Assembly: GCF_963921235.1 (NCBI RefSeq)
Contig: NC_086108.1
Location: forward strand, 61,568,001 to 61,632,000
Direction: 5' to 3'
DNA length: 64,000 nucleotides
DNA from: Mobula hypostoma
Lineage: Eukaryota
Position numbers and translations under genes: made by a program. The number at the start of each line of letters is the position of its first letter. Positions within the stretch are counted from its first letter, which is position 1. This document shows positions 51,030 through 64,000 of this stretch, piece after piece. Under the pieces are notes generated by a model. It searched no databases and had not been told where the DNA came from. It worked only from the letters and a program-made list of their open reading frames with translations.

Positions 51030-51995
51030 ACATTTACAGTACGGATGTGAAGTTGGTTGAGTTTCAGAAAGCAGAGGGTTAGAACAAATAATGGTTTCTT
51101 GGACAGGAGGAAGGTGAATATGGCAATGCCAAGGAAATAAACTAGGGAAATGCTTTTCTTAATATATTAATGACCTAGACAAGCTTTACTTTCTAAATCT
51201 GCAGATGACAGAAAACCAGGGAGTATTGTGAACTCCAAAAACTATAGCGGGCAAATTGTAGCAGATAAAAATACAAGTTATGGAACGGGTAGAAGCATGG
51301 CAGAGGAAGTTTAAAATAGGAACATGTGAGGTGATTCATTTTAGTAGGAAGAATGAGGATAGACCAGATGGAAAAAGGATACCGTATTTAATTGGCACAG
51401 GAGCAGAGGGACCTGGGTACGAGTTCCCAATTTTTAGCTTTATCAGTGGAGACAAAGAGTATAAAAGCATCATAAAACACTGATCTGGCTTCAAAAAGGG
51501 TACTGTCTTCAGTGTAGTTTACCTCATTATTGAATCACAGGGAGGCAATAGAGAGGGTCCTAACGTAGAAGGGTAAAAAAAAGATTAGATAGGTTGGGCT
51601 GAGATTATTTTCTTCAGGAGAGGATAAGGAGAGACGTAAAAGTTTATAAGATGATGACAGATCTTAACAGAGTGAATAGTAAGAGGCTGTTCAGGGCGGA
51701 GGAGGGTTCAAGAACTAGAGATCACAGGTATATTATAACGGGGAAGAAAATCAATAACAATCTGAAGAAAAACACTTTTATGCAGCATGTTGTCAGAATC
51801 TGGAGTCCAATGCCTGAAGATGTGGTATAGATCGATTCCACTGTGGCCTTCAAGAAGAAAATGGAGAAATATATGGAGTAAAATTTGTGAGGAGGCAGAG
51901 AGAGACTGAAGGATAGAGGCAGTGAGTTGCTCCATTAGACGGTCAACCTGGACTGAGCCTGGGCACAATAGACTCAATGCGCTGTAACCTTCCTG
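51030..51995 (+). mobile_element. Highly decayed CR1 RT to 3' end
   Basis: tctaaatctgcagatgac (SK.ADD), CEVIHF motif, collinear C-terminus. Confidence 0.65.
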
Positions 51996-52034
51996 TGATC
52001 AGCTGAGTAAAAATCTCATTATCCAATATTTTCG

Positions 52035-54497
52035 ACCATGAGACCATAATACATAGGAGCAGAATTAGGCCATTTGGCCCATTGAGTCTGCTCCACCATT
52101 TGATCATGGCTCAACCCCATTCTCCTGCCTTCTCTCCATAACCTTTCACTCCCTGACTAATCAAGAATTTATCAATCTCTACCTTAAATACACCCAATGG
52201 CCTGGCCTCCACAGCTGCCTGTGACAGCCAGTTTCACTGATTCACCACCTTCTGGCAAAAAAAAATTCTTCTCATCTCCATTTTAAATAGACATCCCCCT
52301 ATTCTGAGTAGGTGCCCTCTGGTCCTAGGCTCCATCACAATCAAAAACCATGCTCTCCACATCCACTCTACCTTTCAACATTCGACAGGCTTCAATGAGA
52401 TCTGCCCTCATACTTCTGAGTTCTAGTGAGTACTAGCCCAGAGCCATGTGGTAAGTTTCATTCCCAGAATCATTTTTATGAACCTTCTCTGGATCCTCTC
52501 TAATGTTAGCGCATTCTTTCTTAGATAAGGGGACCAAAGCTGCTCACAATTCTCCAAGTGAGCCCACACCAGTGCCATATAAAGCCTCAGCATCACATCC
52601 GTTTTTTTTATATTTGAGTCCTCTCGAAATGAATGCTGGCATTGCATTTGCCTTGCTCATCACCAACTCAGCCTGGAAGTTAACATTTCAGAAATTCTGC
52701 ACAAGGACTCTCAAGAGCCTTTGTACATCAGACTTTTTTGCACATTCTACTAACTTGTCTGTCCATTTTCAGCCTCCCTGCATCCTCAACACCACCTGCC
52801 CCTCCACCTACCTTCGTATCATCCACAAACTTGGCCACAAGGCCATCGTTACGTTATCCAAATCATTAACATACAGTGTAATAAGAAAAGGTCCCAACAC
52901 CAACCCCTGCAGAACACCACAAGTTACCAGCAGCCAATCAGAAAAGGCTTTCTTCATACTTAGACAATAGACAATAGGTGCAGGAGTAGGCTATTCAGCC
53001 CTTCGAGCCAGCACTGCCATTCGCTGTGATCATGGCTGATCATCCACAATCACTACCCAATTCCTGCCTTCTCCCCAAATCCCTTGACTCCACTATCTTT
53101 CAGAGCTCTATCTAACTCTTTCTTGAAAGCATCCAGAGAATTTGCCTCTACTGCCTTCTGAGGCAGAGTCACAACTCTCTGGGTGAAAAAATTTTTCCTC
53201 AACTCCATTCTCAATGGCCTACCCCTTATTCTTAAACTGTGGCCTCTGGTTCTGACTCGCCCAACATCGGGAACATGTTTCCTGCCTCTAGCGTGTCCAA
53301 TCTCTTAATAATCTTAAGTGTTTCAATCACATCCCCTCTTATCCTTTTAAATTCCAGTGTATATAAGCCCAGTTTCTCCAATCTTTCAACATATGACAGT
53401 CCCGCCATCCCAGGAATTAACCTCGTGAACCTATGCTGCACTCCCTCAATAGCAAGAATGTCCTTCCTCAAATTTGGAGACCAAAACTGCACACAATACT
53501 CCAGGTGTGGTCTCACCAGGGCCCTGTACAACTGCAGAAGGACCGCTTTGCTCCTATACTCAACTCCCCTTGTTATGAAGGCCAACATGCCATTAGCTTT
53601 CTTCACTGCCTGCTGTACCTGCATGCTTACTTTCAGTGACTGATGAACAAGGACACCTAGATCTCGTTGTACTTCCCCTTTTCCTAACTTAACCCCATTC
53701 AGATAGTAATCTGCCTTCCTGTTCTTGCCACCAAAGTGGATAACCTCACATTAATCCACATTAAATTGCATCTGCCGTGCATCTGCCCACTCATCCAACC
53801 TGTCCAAGTCACCCTGCATTCTCATAACATCCTCCTCAGCTTTGTGTCATCTGCAAATTTTCTAATGTTACTTTTAATCCCTTCATCTAAATCATTAATG
53901 TATATTGTAAATAGCTGCGGTCCCAGCACCGAGCCTTGCGGTACCCGACTAGTCACTGCCTGCCATTCTGAAAGGGACCCGTTAATCCCTACTCTTTGTT
54001 TCCTGTCTGCCAACCAATTTTCTATCAATGTCAGTAACCTACCCCCAATACCATGTGCTCCAATTTTGCCCACTATTCTCCTTTGTGGGACCTTATCAAA
54101 GGCTTTCTGAAAGTCCAGGTGCACTACATTCACTGGCTCTCCCTTCTCCATTTTCATAGCTACATCCTCAAAAAATTCCAGAAGATTAGTCAAGCATGAT
54201 TTCCCCTTCGTAAATTCATGCTGACTCGGACCGATCCTGTTATTGCTATCCAAATGTGCCGCTATTTCATCTTTTATATATACTTACTCTTTACCAATCA
54301 GCCAATGCTCTACATACATTAACATCTTTCATATGATAGCATGGACTCTTACCTTGTCAAAGGTCCTCTGAAAATCCAAGTTCACAACGCTCACTGATCC
54401 TCCTTTCTCTATCCTACTTATTATTTCCTCAAAGAATTCCAACAGATTTGTCAGGCAAGATTTTCCCTTAAGGAAACCATGCTGACTTTGACCTATC
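52035..54497 (-). mobile_element. Older CR1 with a younger CR1 nested at about 52963-54279
   Basis: Inner ORFs 53232-53624 (RPHLEYCVQFWSP) and 53822-54253 (KFADDTKL); (tagacaa)n tail; candidate TSD atactta at 52956-52962 and 54280-54286. Confidence 0.88.
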
Positions 54498-55105
54498 ACA
54501 AACAAGAAAAAATCTGCGGATGCTGAAAACCCAAAGCAACACATGCAAAATGCTGGAGGAACTCAGCAGCATCCATGGCAAAATGTACAGTCAATGTTTC
54601 AGGCCAACACTTTTCAGCAAGACTGGAGAAAAAGAAAGGAGTAATAGATTTAAAAGGTGGGGAGGGGAGAGGGAAACACAAGGTGATAGGTAAAATTGGG
54701 AGTGGGAGGGAAGAAGTAAAGAGCTGGGAAGATGATTGGTGAAAGGGATCCAGGGCTGGAGAAAGGGGAATCTGATAGGTGAACAGAAGGCCATGGAAGA
54801 AAGAAAAGCTGGGAGGAGCACCAGAGGGAGGTGATGGGCAGATAAGGAGATAAGGGGAGAGATGGAAAAGGGGATGGGGAATGGTGAAAGGAAGGGCATT
54901 ACCAGACGTTCGAGGAATCGATGTTCATGCCATCAGGTTGGAGTCTACCCAGACGGAATATAAGATGCTGTTCCTCCAACCTGAGCATGGCCTCATCGCA
55001 ACAGTAGAGGAGGCCATTCATTAACATATAGGAATGGGATTGGGAATTGGAATTAAAATGGGAGGCCACAAGGAGATTTTGCTTCTTCTGGGAGACGAAG
55101 CGTAG
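54497..55105 (-). mobile_element. Penelope-like 3' end (GIY-YIG C-terminus + pLTR), second subfamily
   Basis: Antisense aggttggaggaacagcatcttatattccgtctgggtagactccaacctgatggcatgaacatcga; decayed hammerhead near 54587-54626. Confidence 0.85.
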
Positions 55106-55740
55106 GGGCCCTCTTCCCAGCCACCCTTTCCCTTCTGAGCTTCAGTGCCAGACATCCAGTTTCCACTGCTTCCCTTTGGTAGGTTCTCCAACAGTATTAT
55201 TGAGTTGAATGGCCACAGGAACACTCTGCACTGGCTGTCCATTTCCTTTCCCTCTCCTGGCTGTCTCCTGCAACTTAGTGATGACTACCTTCCTGTAACT
55301 CCTATCCATCACCTCCTCAGTTTCCTGTTTGAGTCAAAGGTCACACTTCCCTGAGGTGCTACACCTCAGTGCACTTGGAGCAGATGTAGTTTTCCACACG
55401 GCTGGAGATCTCCCAGAATTCTCTCATCTCCCACATCTCACGCAAAGTCCCTAGAGCTATTCTCACTGCTGTGACTATGTACTAACAGACAGAGCACCAA
55501 GAAAGAAGGAAAAACTTACCAGCTACTTACCTCACTGAAGCCTGATGAGGCAAAGCCTCCCCACTCTAACACTGGGCAACTCCCACAATGGCCCCTCTGC
55601 TTGTCCCTGCCTTATTTTTATTTGCCGAGCTAATTAATTGCTATTTGATTGAATAAACAGCAAAAAGCCCGCAAACGCTCCTTATTAAAATCTTACACAT
55701 GGACCTGTGAGTTGCCTCCTCTCTCTCTCCCCCCCCCATT
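55106..55740 (-). mobile_element. CR1 5' region (5' UTR / ORF1 start), decayed
   Basis: Antisense ORF1-like phrases (aactacatctgc...aagtgc; attcaactcaataatac). Confidence 0.5.
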
Positions 55741-55759
55741 CAATTGCACTGCCAGAAAA

Positions 55760-56072
55760 ACATAAATACAGAACAGTACAGCACAAAAACAAGTCCTTCA
55801 ACCCACCATGTTATGTCAAACTGATTAAGCTAGTAATTGCATGCCTAACCAAATAAATCCCTTGTGCCTACACAATTTCCATATCCCTCCATTCTCTATT
55901 TATTCATATCCCTATCTAAGAGCCTCTTAAATGCCTCTATGCTTTAAATGCCTCCACTACCATCCCTGGCAATACATTTTAGACACTTCTCATTCACAAT
56001 GTAAAAATATTGCCCCATACATCTGCTTTGAACTTACCCCCTTTCCCCATAAATTTATCCCTCTGGTATTTG
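55760..56072 (-). mobile_element. CR1 3' end
   Basis: gaacagtacagcaca...ctatctaagagcctcttaaatg typical antisense 3' UTR. Confidence 0.7.
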
Positions 56073-57207
56073 GCAAAAACTTATATCAATTGAAATCACC
56101 AAAAACAAGCTAAATGATCGGTTTGATTCTGAAATCTTCTATCCATCTACTTTCCACGGTGATCTGCAGAGTATTGCACTTCAGGGTTAGTCATTATAGT
56201 TGACTCTGTAACATCATTTAGCCCTTTCTCTTTATTTGAGACATGAATCGTGTCTCTTCAAAATCATCTGTACAATCTCTTCTTGCATTTCAGAGTATGA
56301 TAACCCAGAATAATTTTTGTTACTCTCATCAATGCCCTTTGAAAGTGGATCAAAATCTATACTTAACACTAACTGCAGCTTCAGCAGTAATCTGTATCAG
56401 ATTGAATTAATAGTCAAATGCCCAGAGGAAGTGTCCCAGTTTTGATTAGTCCGGTCAGCAGGAGCTTTGTATGAACTAAAAACTTCCAGTACATTGTCAG
56501 CAATCAGGCAGAAAGATTACACCTCATCTTTTCTTTAAAAAGGACAGTTGTTTATTCTATGCACGATTGTTTGATGTTTTTGCTTTATAATGCATTATTT
56601 TATATTTATCTTCATTGAAAATCACTCACTCAACCTTCACCCAATTTAATTTTTGAAAGCTGCTTATCTCCCTTATGTTAACCATATAGGGCAGCTACCA
56701 TCAACAAATCCCATTTCATTTTCCAAGGCATTTATGACTAGTATGATGAACAACATGAAATGAAGCATACAAGTAACTAAATTCACAATAAACTTAATCC
56801 AATGTCAGTCAGTTACTTTCACTGGGTGGACTGAGTTACTCACTTCCATTAAAGACCACATTAAATAAAATTTAATAAACTGACGTAATTTGGGGCATGA
56901 GGTGCCCTGAAAATCCTACCCAGATATTATCACATCCCAAAGCAAAAGCTTATCAGTATATTAAATGATTTCTGAAAAAGATTACTGCTGAGGTTATTTC
57001 ATTTCTTCTTGCATACAAAAAAACGAAAGCATATTCAAGATTTTATCCTCCTTTTAACACAGCACGGGTAGATATTTCTGATGTTATCTTTCTTTCTGCT
57101 GGGTAAAAGGAACTTCTTTCCTGAAAATGTATGAAATAGCTGGCCTCAAACCAGTGAAAACATGAATAAATCTACTGGTTTCAATATAATGGACGAAGGT
57201 AATGATA

Positions 57208-58370
57208 AGTTCAAAGTTTGAAGTAAATTTATTATCAAAGTCCATACATATCACCATATACAACTCTGAGATTAATTTTTCTTGCTGACATTCATGATAA
57301 ATACAAAGAAACTAAGAATAATAATAAATGAGCAATAATTATTGATAAGATCAGTTGCAGAGTTCTTGAAAGCAAGCCCATAGGTAATGGGAACAGATCA
57401 GTGTTGAGGTGAGTGAAGTTGAGTGACATTATTCCCTTTGGTTCAATAGCCTGATGGTTGAGGGGTAATATCTGTTCCTAAACCAGGTGGTGTGACTTTT
57501 GTACTTCCCTTCTGATGGCAGCAGCGATAAGAGAGCGTGGCCTGGATTGTGGGGTCCTTGATGATGGATGCTGCTTTCTTGCGACAGCGCTCCGTGTAGA
57601 TGTGCTCAGTGGTGGGGAGGCTTCACCCGTGATGGACCGGGTTGTATCCACCACTTTTTGCAGGCTTTTCTGTTCAAGGGTATTGGTGTTTCCATACCAC
57701 GCCATGATAAAACCAATCAATATACTCTGCAACACATCTATAGGAGTTTGTCAAAGTTTTAGATGTCATGCTGAATCTCTACAAACTCCTAAGGAAGTAG
57801 AGGCACTGTCGAGCTTTCTTCATAATTGCACCTATGTGTTGGGCCCAGGATGGGCCGTCCGATATGATAACACCAAAGAATTTAAAGTTGTTGACCCTCT
57901 CCACCTCCAATCCACCGAAGGTGGACGGGCTCATGGACCTCCAGTTTGCTGCCTTTGAACTCAATAATCAGCTCCTTGTTCTTGCTGACATTGAGTGAGA
58001 GGTTGTTGTTTTGGCATCACTCAGCCAGATTTTCAGTCTCCCTCCAATATTCCAATTCATCAACATCTTTGATTCGGCCAAATACAGTGGTGTCATCAGC
58101 AAAATTAAATATGACATTGGAGCTGTAGCTAGCCTCACAGTCTTAAGTGTACACAACATTGTGGTGCACCTGTACTGATAGAGACTGTGAAGGAGATATT
58201 GTTGTCAAATCAAACTGGCTGGGGAAATGAAGGGAGGTCAACAATACCAAGGAGGTATTGAGCCCAAGGTCTTGAAGGTTATTGATCAGTTTTGAGGGAC
58301 AACAGTATTGAATGCTGAGCTGTAGTCAATGAAGAGCATCCTGATGCATGCATTCTTCACTGTCCAGGTG
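57208..58370 (-). mobile_element. Rex1/Babar-type LINE (RT C-terminal half to tail)
   Basis: FADDT antisense at about 58090, VERVNNFKFFG, KKARQCLYFLRSL, SILIGFIMAWYG. Confidence 0.88.
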
Positions 58371-58755
58371 AAATCATTCACCTAGACAGTGAAGACACAG
58401 GATGATAAAAAGTCATTTAGCGTCCTGTTTCATACTACTGTTCAGTACTTCTCCTTCTGGAGAGTTTAACTCTTCTCCTAATTTACTACAGTTTTAATTA
58501 TAAAATTCTCCTTCATGTGGTCAAATCTCTCTCTGGTCTCACCTCTTTCCTTCCCTCTCATATACTTCTACATATAACACTTTCAGAAACCTTATCATCA
58601 CTTTCTAGATGCCTCTGGTCTCTGATATTCTTCATTCTAATATTAGGCCTGGACAAAATATACCACTTCTTTTCCTTCCACCTGCAAGTTGCTTCTTTAA
58701 TCATTCCTCTATGATGAAACATTAGAATGCCTTAAAGAAGAGGTTCAGCCTGAAA

Positions 58756-59570
58756 AGTGCTACACATGCCCTTACACTTCCTCCCTTACCACCATTCAGG
58801 GCCCCAAACAGTCCTTCCAGGTGAGGCATCACTTCACCTGTGAGTCGACTGGGGTGATATACTGCGTCCGGTGATCCTGATGTGGCCTTTTATATATTGG
58901 TGAGACCCGACGCAGACTGGGAGACCGCTTTGCTGAACATCTACGCTCTGTCCGCCAGAGAAAGCAGGATCTCCCAGTGGCCACACATTTTAATTCCACA
59001 TCCCATTCCCATTCTGACATGTCTATCCACAGCCTCCTCTACTGTAAAGATGAAGCCACACTCAGGTTGGAGGAACAACACCTTATATTCCGTATGGGTA
59101 GCCTCCAACCTGATGGCATGAACATTGACTTCTCTAACTTCCGCTAGGCCCCACCTCCCCCTCGTACCCCATCTGTTACTCTTTTTTATGCACACATTCT
59201 TTCTCTCACTCTCCTTTTTCTCCCTCTGTCCCTCTGAATATACCTCTTGCCCATCCTCTGGGTCACCCCCCCCCATCTTTCTTCCCGGACCTCCTGTCCC
59301 ATGATCCTCTCGTATCCCCTTCTGCCTATCACCTGTCCAGCTCTCGGCTCTATCCCTCCCCCTCCTGTCTTCTCCTATCATTTTGCATCTCCCCCTCCAC
59401 CTCCAGCTTTCAAATCCCTTACTCACTCTTCCTTCAGTTAGTCCTGACGAAGGGTCTCGGCCTGAAACGTCGACTGCGCCTCTTCCTATAGATGCTGCTT
59501 GGCCTGCTGCGTTCACCAGCAACTTTGATGTGTGTTGCTTGAATTTCCAGCATCTGCAGAATTCCTGTTG
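58756..59570 (+). mobile_element. 5'-truncated Penelope-like element (GIY-YIG + pLTR + tail)
   Basis: GVIYCV...YIGETRRRLGDRFAEH frame with stops; 11-bp TSD tcagcctgaaa at 58745-58755 and 59571-59581. Confidence 0.93.
59439..59476 (+). ncRNA. Minimal type I hammerhead ribozyme motif (Penelope pLTR)
   Basis: tagtc CTGACGA agg gtctcgg cct GAAA cGTC gactg; core identical to the 12000 copy. Confidence 0.8.
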
Positions 59571-59794
59571 TCAGCCTGAAATTGATTGTTTATTCATTTC
59601 CACAGATGTGAATTCTTTCAGCATTTTGTGTGTGATGCTTTGGATTTCCAGCATCTGCAGACTATCTCTTGTTTATGATTGTCAACTTTATGATTTGTGA
59701 GAAATTTTGGCAAGTTTTATCATGATATAAATGTAAGAGTGGTGGTGTTGTGTATGGCGTTAAGGATGTAGTGGGAAGTACATAACTAGCATAT

Positions 59795-60955
59795 ATAATC
59801 AGAGGATTGGCAGATGGCAATTAATCTGGCCAAATGTGAAGTGCTGCCCTTTGAGAGATCACATGTACTCTGTTAATGGCAAGACCCTTAACTGTGTAGA
59901 GGGAACTTGGAGTCCAAGTCCATAGCTCCATAGAAGTGGCTATACAACTTGATGGGCTTGTAAAGGAGGGTATGGCATGCTTGCCTTTATTAGTCGAGGA
60001 ACTGAATTCAAGAGTTGGGAAGTTACCGTAGGTTGTAGCTTTATAAAACTCTAATAATAAAGGCATCCGTTAGTCTTGCAAGACCATGGATCTGTGCCTG
60101 GAAAGTCTTCACTCTCCAGGGCGCAGGCCTAGGCAAGGTTGTATGGAAGATCAGCAGTTGCCCATGCTGCAAGTCTCTCCTCTTCACGACACCAATGTTG
60201 TCCAAGGGAAGGGCATTAGGACCCATACAGCTTGGCACTAGTGTCATCGCAGAGCACTGTGTGATTAAGTGCCTTGCTCAAGGACACAACACGTTACCTC
60301 GGCTGGGGCTCGAACTCATGACCTTTAGGTCGCTAGTCCAATACCTTAACCACTTGGTTACGTGCCAATTATAACTAGCGTTATAAAACTCTAGTTAGGC
60401 GATATCTGGCATATTGCATTCAATTCTAGTTACCCTAACATAGGAAAAATGTCAAGGCTTTTGAAAGGGTGCAGAAGAGATTTACAAGGATATTGCCTGT
60501 ATTGGAGAGTATGTGCTCTAAGGGGAATTAAAGCAAACCTGGGTTGTTTTCTCTGGAGCAGTGGAGGCTGAGGGGAGATCTGATAAAGCTTTATAAGATT
60601 ATGAGAGGCATAGAATGAGGAGAGAGCCAGTATCTTTTTTTTTTCCCCCAGGGCTGAACTGTCTAATACCAGAGATATATATTTAAGGTAGAAGGTGTGG
60701 GGGGGGGGGCAAGATTTTTCACACAGAGAGTGATGGGTGCCTGGAATGCACTGCCTGAGGTGGTGGTACAAGCAAATATGATGAATCTGTTCAAAAGGAT
60801 TTTAGGCACATGAATATGCAGAGTGGAAGGACATGATTATTGTTCAGGCAGAAGGGATTAGTTTAGTTGAGCTTTTGATTACTAATTTAATTAGTTTAGT
60901 GCACATTGTGGGTTGGACAACCTGTTCCTGTACAGTACGCTTTTTTTGTTCTAAG
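59795..60955 (+). mobile_element. Decayed CR1 3' portion interrupted by a SINE
   Basis: Same subfamily as 8385-9343; ctgaggggagatctgataaagc (LRGDLI). Confidence 0.85.
60054..60368 (-). mobile_element. tRNA-derived CORE-like SINE with RTE-type 3' end
   Basis: Antisense head taaccaagtggttaagg (A box), gagttcgagcc (B box), gtgtccttgagcaaggcacttaa; (tta)n tail; 13-bp TSD ttataaaactcta at 60041-60053 and 60381-60393. Confidence 0.85.
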
Positions 60956-61277
60956 GTACTACTGATATAATGCATCATTTACAAAGAGTTGTATCTGAAA
61001 GCAGTCCCAGAAAATAAATATTATATGGACATTAAACCACTTTACACATGATAAAAAGTGTTTTGTGAATAGAATTTCTCAATTTTCTGTCCTCAAAATG
61101 GACTTGTGATACAATTGTGAGCAAATAAAATGAAGAAAGCCTCAGACTGACTTCATCCCTTTCATGACCTGAAAACATTACAAATTGCTCTATAGCTACG
61201 GAAGTAATTTTGAAGTACAGCATAGCTTTTCAATGTCATGCTGTGGCAAGTACTTCAAGTTCTCTTTGAACTAGTTT

Positions 61278-63040
61278 ATAAGACCATAAATAGGGCATTT
61301 GGCTCATCGAGTTTGCTCTGCCATTTCATCATGGCTGATCCAGTCTTCCTCTCAGCCCCAATCTCCTGCCTTCTCCTTGTATCCCTTCATTCCCTGACCA
61401 ATCAAGAATCTATCAACCTCTGCCTTAAGCATACATGTTCTCCACAGCTGCCTAGGGCAAAGAATTCCATTGATCCACCACTCTCTGGCTAAAGAAATTC
61501 CTCCTCATCTCTGTTCTAAAAGGACACCCCTCTACTCTGAGGCTCTCCACATCTACACCATCAAGCCCTTTCAGCATTCAATATGCTTTTACTGAGATCA
61601 TTCCTCATTCTTCTGAATTCTAGTGAATACAGGCCCAGAGCCATCAAATACTCTTCATGTGACAAGCCATTCAATCCTGGAATCATTTTCTTGAACCTCC
61701 TTTGAACCTTCTCCAGTTTCAGCACATCCTTTCTAAGATAAGGGGCCCAAAACTGCTCACAATACTCCAAGTGAGGGCTCACCAGTGATTTATAAAGTTT
61801 CAACATTACATCCTTGCTGTTACATTCTAGTCCTCTTGAAATGAATGCAGACATTGCATTTGTCTTTCTCATCACTGACTCAACCTGCAAATTAACCTTT
61901 AGGGAATTCTGCGCAAGGACTCCCAATTCTGTGCCTCAGATTTTTATACTTCTCTCCATTTAGAAAATAGTCAATCTTTTCATTTCTTCTACCAAATTGC
62001 ATGACCATACACTTCCCAACACTGTATTTCATCTGCCATTCCTTTGTCCACTCTACTAATCTGTCTAAGTCTTTCTGTAGCCTCTCTACTTTCTCAAAAC
62101 TATCTGCCTCCCCCATCTATCTTCGTATCATCTGTCAACTTTGAAACAAAGCCATCAATTCCATCATCCAAATCATTGACATATAATGTAACAAGAATCA
62201 GTCTGAACACAGACTGAGGTCAGACTAACTGGCCTATAATTTCCTTTCTTCTGCCTCTCTCTCTCCTTGGAGTGGAATGATTTTTGCAGCTTTCCTGTCT
62301 TTCAGAACTATGCTAGAATCTAGTGATTCTTGGAGATCAATACTAATGCCTCCATGATCTCTTCAGCCACCTCTTTCAAAATCCTGGGGTGTACACCATC
62401 TGAATGATTTATCTTCCTTCAGACTTTTCAGTTTCCCAAGAATCTGGTCTCTGGTTATGGTAACTTCACACATTTCATGGCCCCTTTCACCTGGTACTTC
62501 CATCATATTGCTAGTGTCTTCCACGGTGAAGACTGATGCAAAATATTTATTCAGTTCATCTTCCATTTCGTTGTCTTCCATTGCTACCTCTCCAGTATTG
62601 TTTTCCAGTCTCGCCTCTCTCGCCTCTCTTTTACACTTTATTTACTGAACAAACTTTTGGTTTCTTCTTTAATATTATTGGCTAGCTTACTTTTGTATTC
62701 CATCTTTACCATCTTAATTACTTTTTTAGTTGCCTTGTGTTGGTTTTTAAAAGCTTTCCAATTCTCTAACTTCCCACTAATTATTGTTCTATTGTATGCC
62801 TTCTTTTTGGCTTTTTGTTGGCTGTGACTTCCCTTGTTAGACACAATTGTGTCATCTTGCCTTTAGAATACTTCTTCCTCTCTGGGATGTAAATATCCTC
62901 AGTTTTCAAATTGCTTCCAGAAATTACAAACATTGCTGCTCTGCAGTCATCCCTGCCAGTGTTCTTTTCCAATCAATTCTGACCAACTTCTCTCTCATGC
63001 CTCTGTAATTCCCTTTACTCCACTGTAATACCGATACATC
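61278..63040 (-). mobile_element. Decayed CR1 ORF2 with internal deletions
   Basis: ORFs 61561-61926 (PHLEYCEQFWAPY), 61892-62116, 62363-62581 (LNKYFASVFT). Confidence 0.9.
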
Positions 63041-63737
63041 TTTAATTTATGTTCATAATCTTTTACTTTATTTATTGTGCAAAAGCCTTTCAGAAAAAGA
63101 TGCTGCTAATTTGGTTTCCAATTCTGGTGTTATTCAAAACAGCCAAATTACTCCCCTTCCTTGTTTCCCAAAGGACAGTCTTGTGCCACCTTTTTTGTCC
63201 CCAATGGTACACCAGGCATTCAACATCAGTGTCGTATACTAGGAGCAGAAATCAGCGGAGTGCAAATGCTTCACCCCACTTCCAAAATTCAGTTATATTG
63301 AAGTCAATGTAATCTCATCTGTCAATACAATACAGTTTTAGCATATGCAGCTGAGTGAATTTCTTTCCTTTTAGTGTCAAAGAGCTATTTATTCAAAAGA
63401 CCTTCAGTTCTGAAGTGGGTCGAATACTGGGTTCAAATGTTGAACTGCTGAAGCCAAGACTACCTAACTGAAAGAAGATCAAATTGGTCTATATCATTTT
63501 AGTTTCAAGAACAGTGACCTTCTTCTGACCAGATTATCAGAAGGCCTGCAGAAGTGTCTTTCATATAGATCAGGGAGGTGATTAAAAATCACGCTGACAA
63601 CATTGTAAACAACAGAATCGTGAAAAAGGTTCTAGTGTTTTCCCAGAATATATGACGAATAAACTTCAAGGCAGGTACAGATATCAATTATAACCAACGT
63701 TTCAATGACAAATTCTGCCAAACAAAATCATGAAATA

Positions 63738-64000
63738 CACTCAGTGGCCACTTTATTAGGTACAGGAGTGAAACCCAGTGTGGTCTTCTCCATTGTAGCC
63801 CATCCACTTCAAGGTTTGACATGTATATTCAAAGATGCTCTTCTGCACACCACATGATTATTTGAGTTACTGTCTCCTCCCTGTCTGCTTGAACCAGTCT
63901 AGCCATTCTCTTCTGATCTCTACCATTAAAAAGGTATTTTTGCTCACAGATCTGCTGTTCACCAGATATCTTTTGTTTTTTGCATCATTCTCTGTAAACT
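63738..64000. mobile_element. Tc1/mariner-type non-autonomous element, cut by window end
   Basis: TA + cactcagtggccactttattaggtac; collinear with both halves of the 30178-32690 copy. Confidence 0.75.

Noticed and set aside
63049..63560. Exon-like segments near the window end, also at 61032-61223 and 48660-48960
   Set aside because: Short frames, weak or unpaired splice signals, no recognisable homology
1..64000. CRISPR array, operon or other prokaryotic system
   Set aside because: No regularly spaced repeat-spacer array or gene-dense region; the sequence is eukaryotic TE-rich DNA

Overview
Repeat-dense, AT-rich vertebrate non-coding DNA. The repeat set (abundant CR1 LINEs, Rex1/Babar-type LINEs, HE1/V-SINE-like SINEs, RT+GIY-YIG Penelope-like elements) points by inference to a cartilaginous fish, probably a ray. 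No host protein-coding gene could be identified; nearly all listed ORFs are TE fragments or antisense shadows. Well-supported elements: a decayed Ty3/Gypsy provirus with both LTRs (11477-15325), a decayed hAT transposon with 8-bp TSD (24862-27719), an L1 3' end nested in a Rex1-type LINE, Tc1-type non-autonomous elements, and many CR1 copies. The most interesting system is the Penelope-like family: its pseudo-LTR carries a minimal hammerhead ribozyme motif (intact at 12000-12035 and 59439-59476). It recurs as TSD-flanked head-to-head mini-elements, as an insertion into an older hammerhead core, and as a replacement of the Gypsy gag region. Several templated-insertion repair scars are also visible. 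Boundaries without a stated TSD are approximate, and family names come from motif recognition, not database searches.
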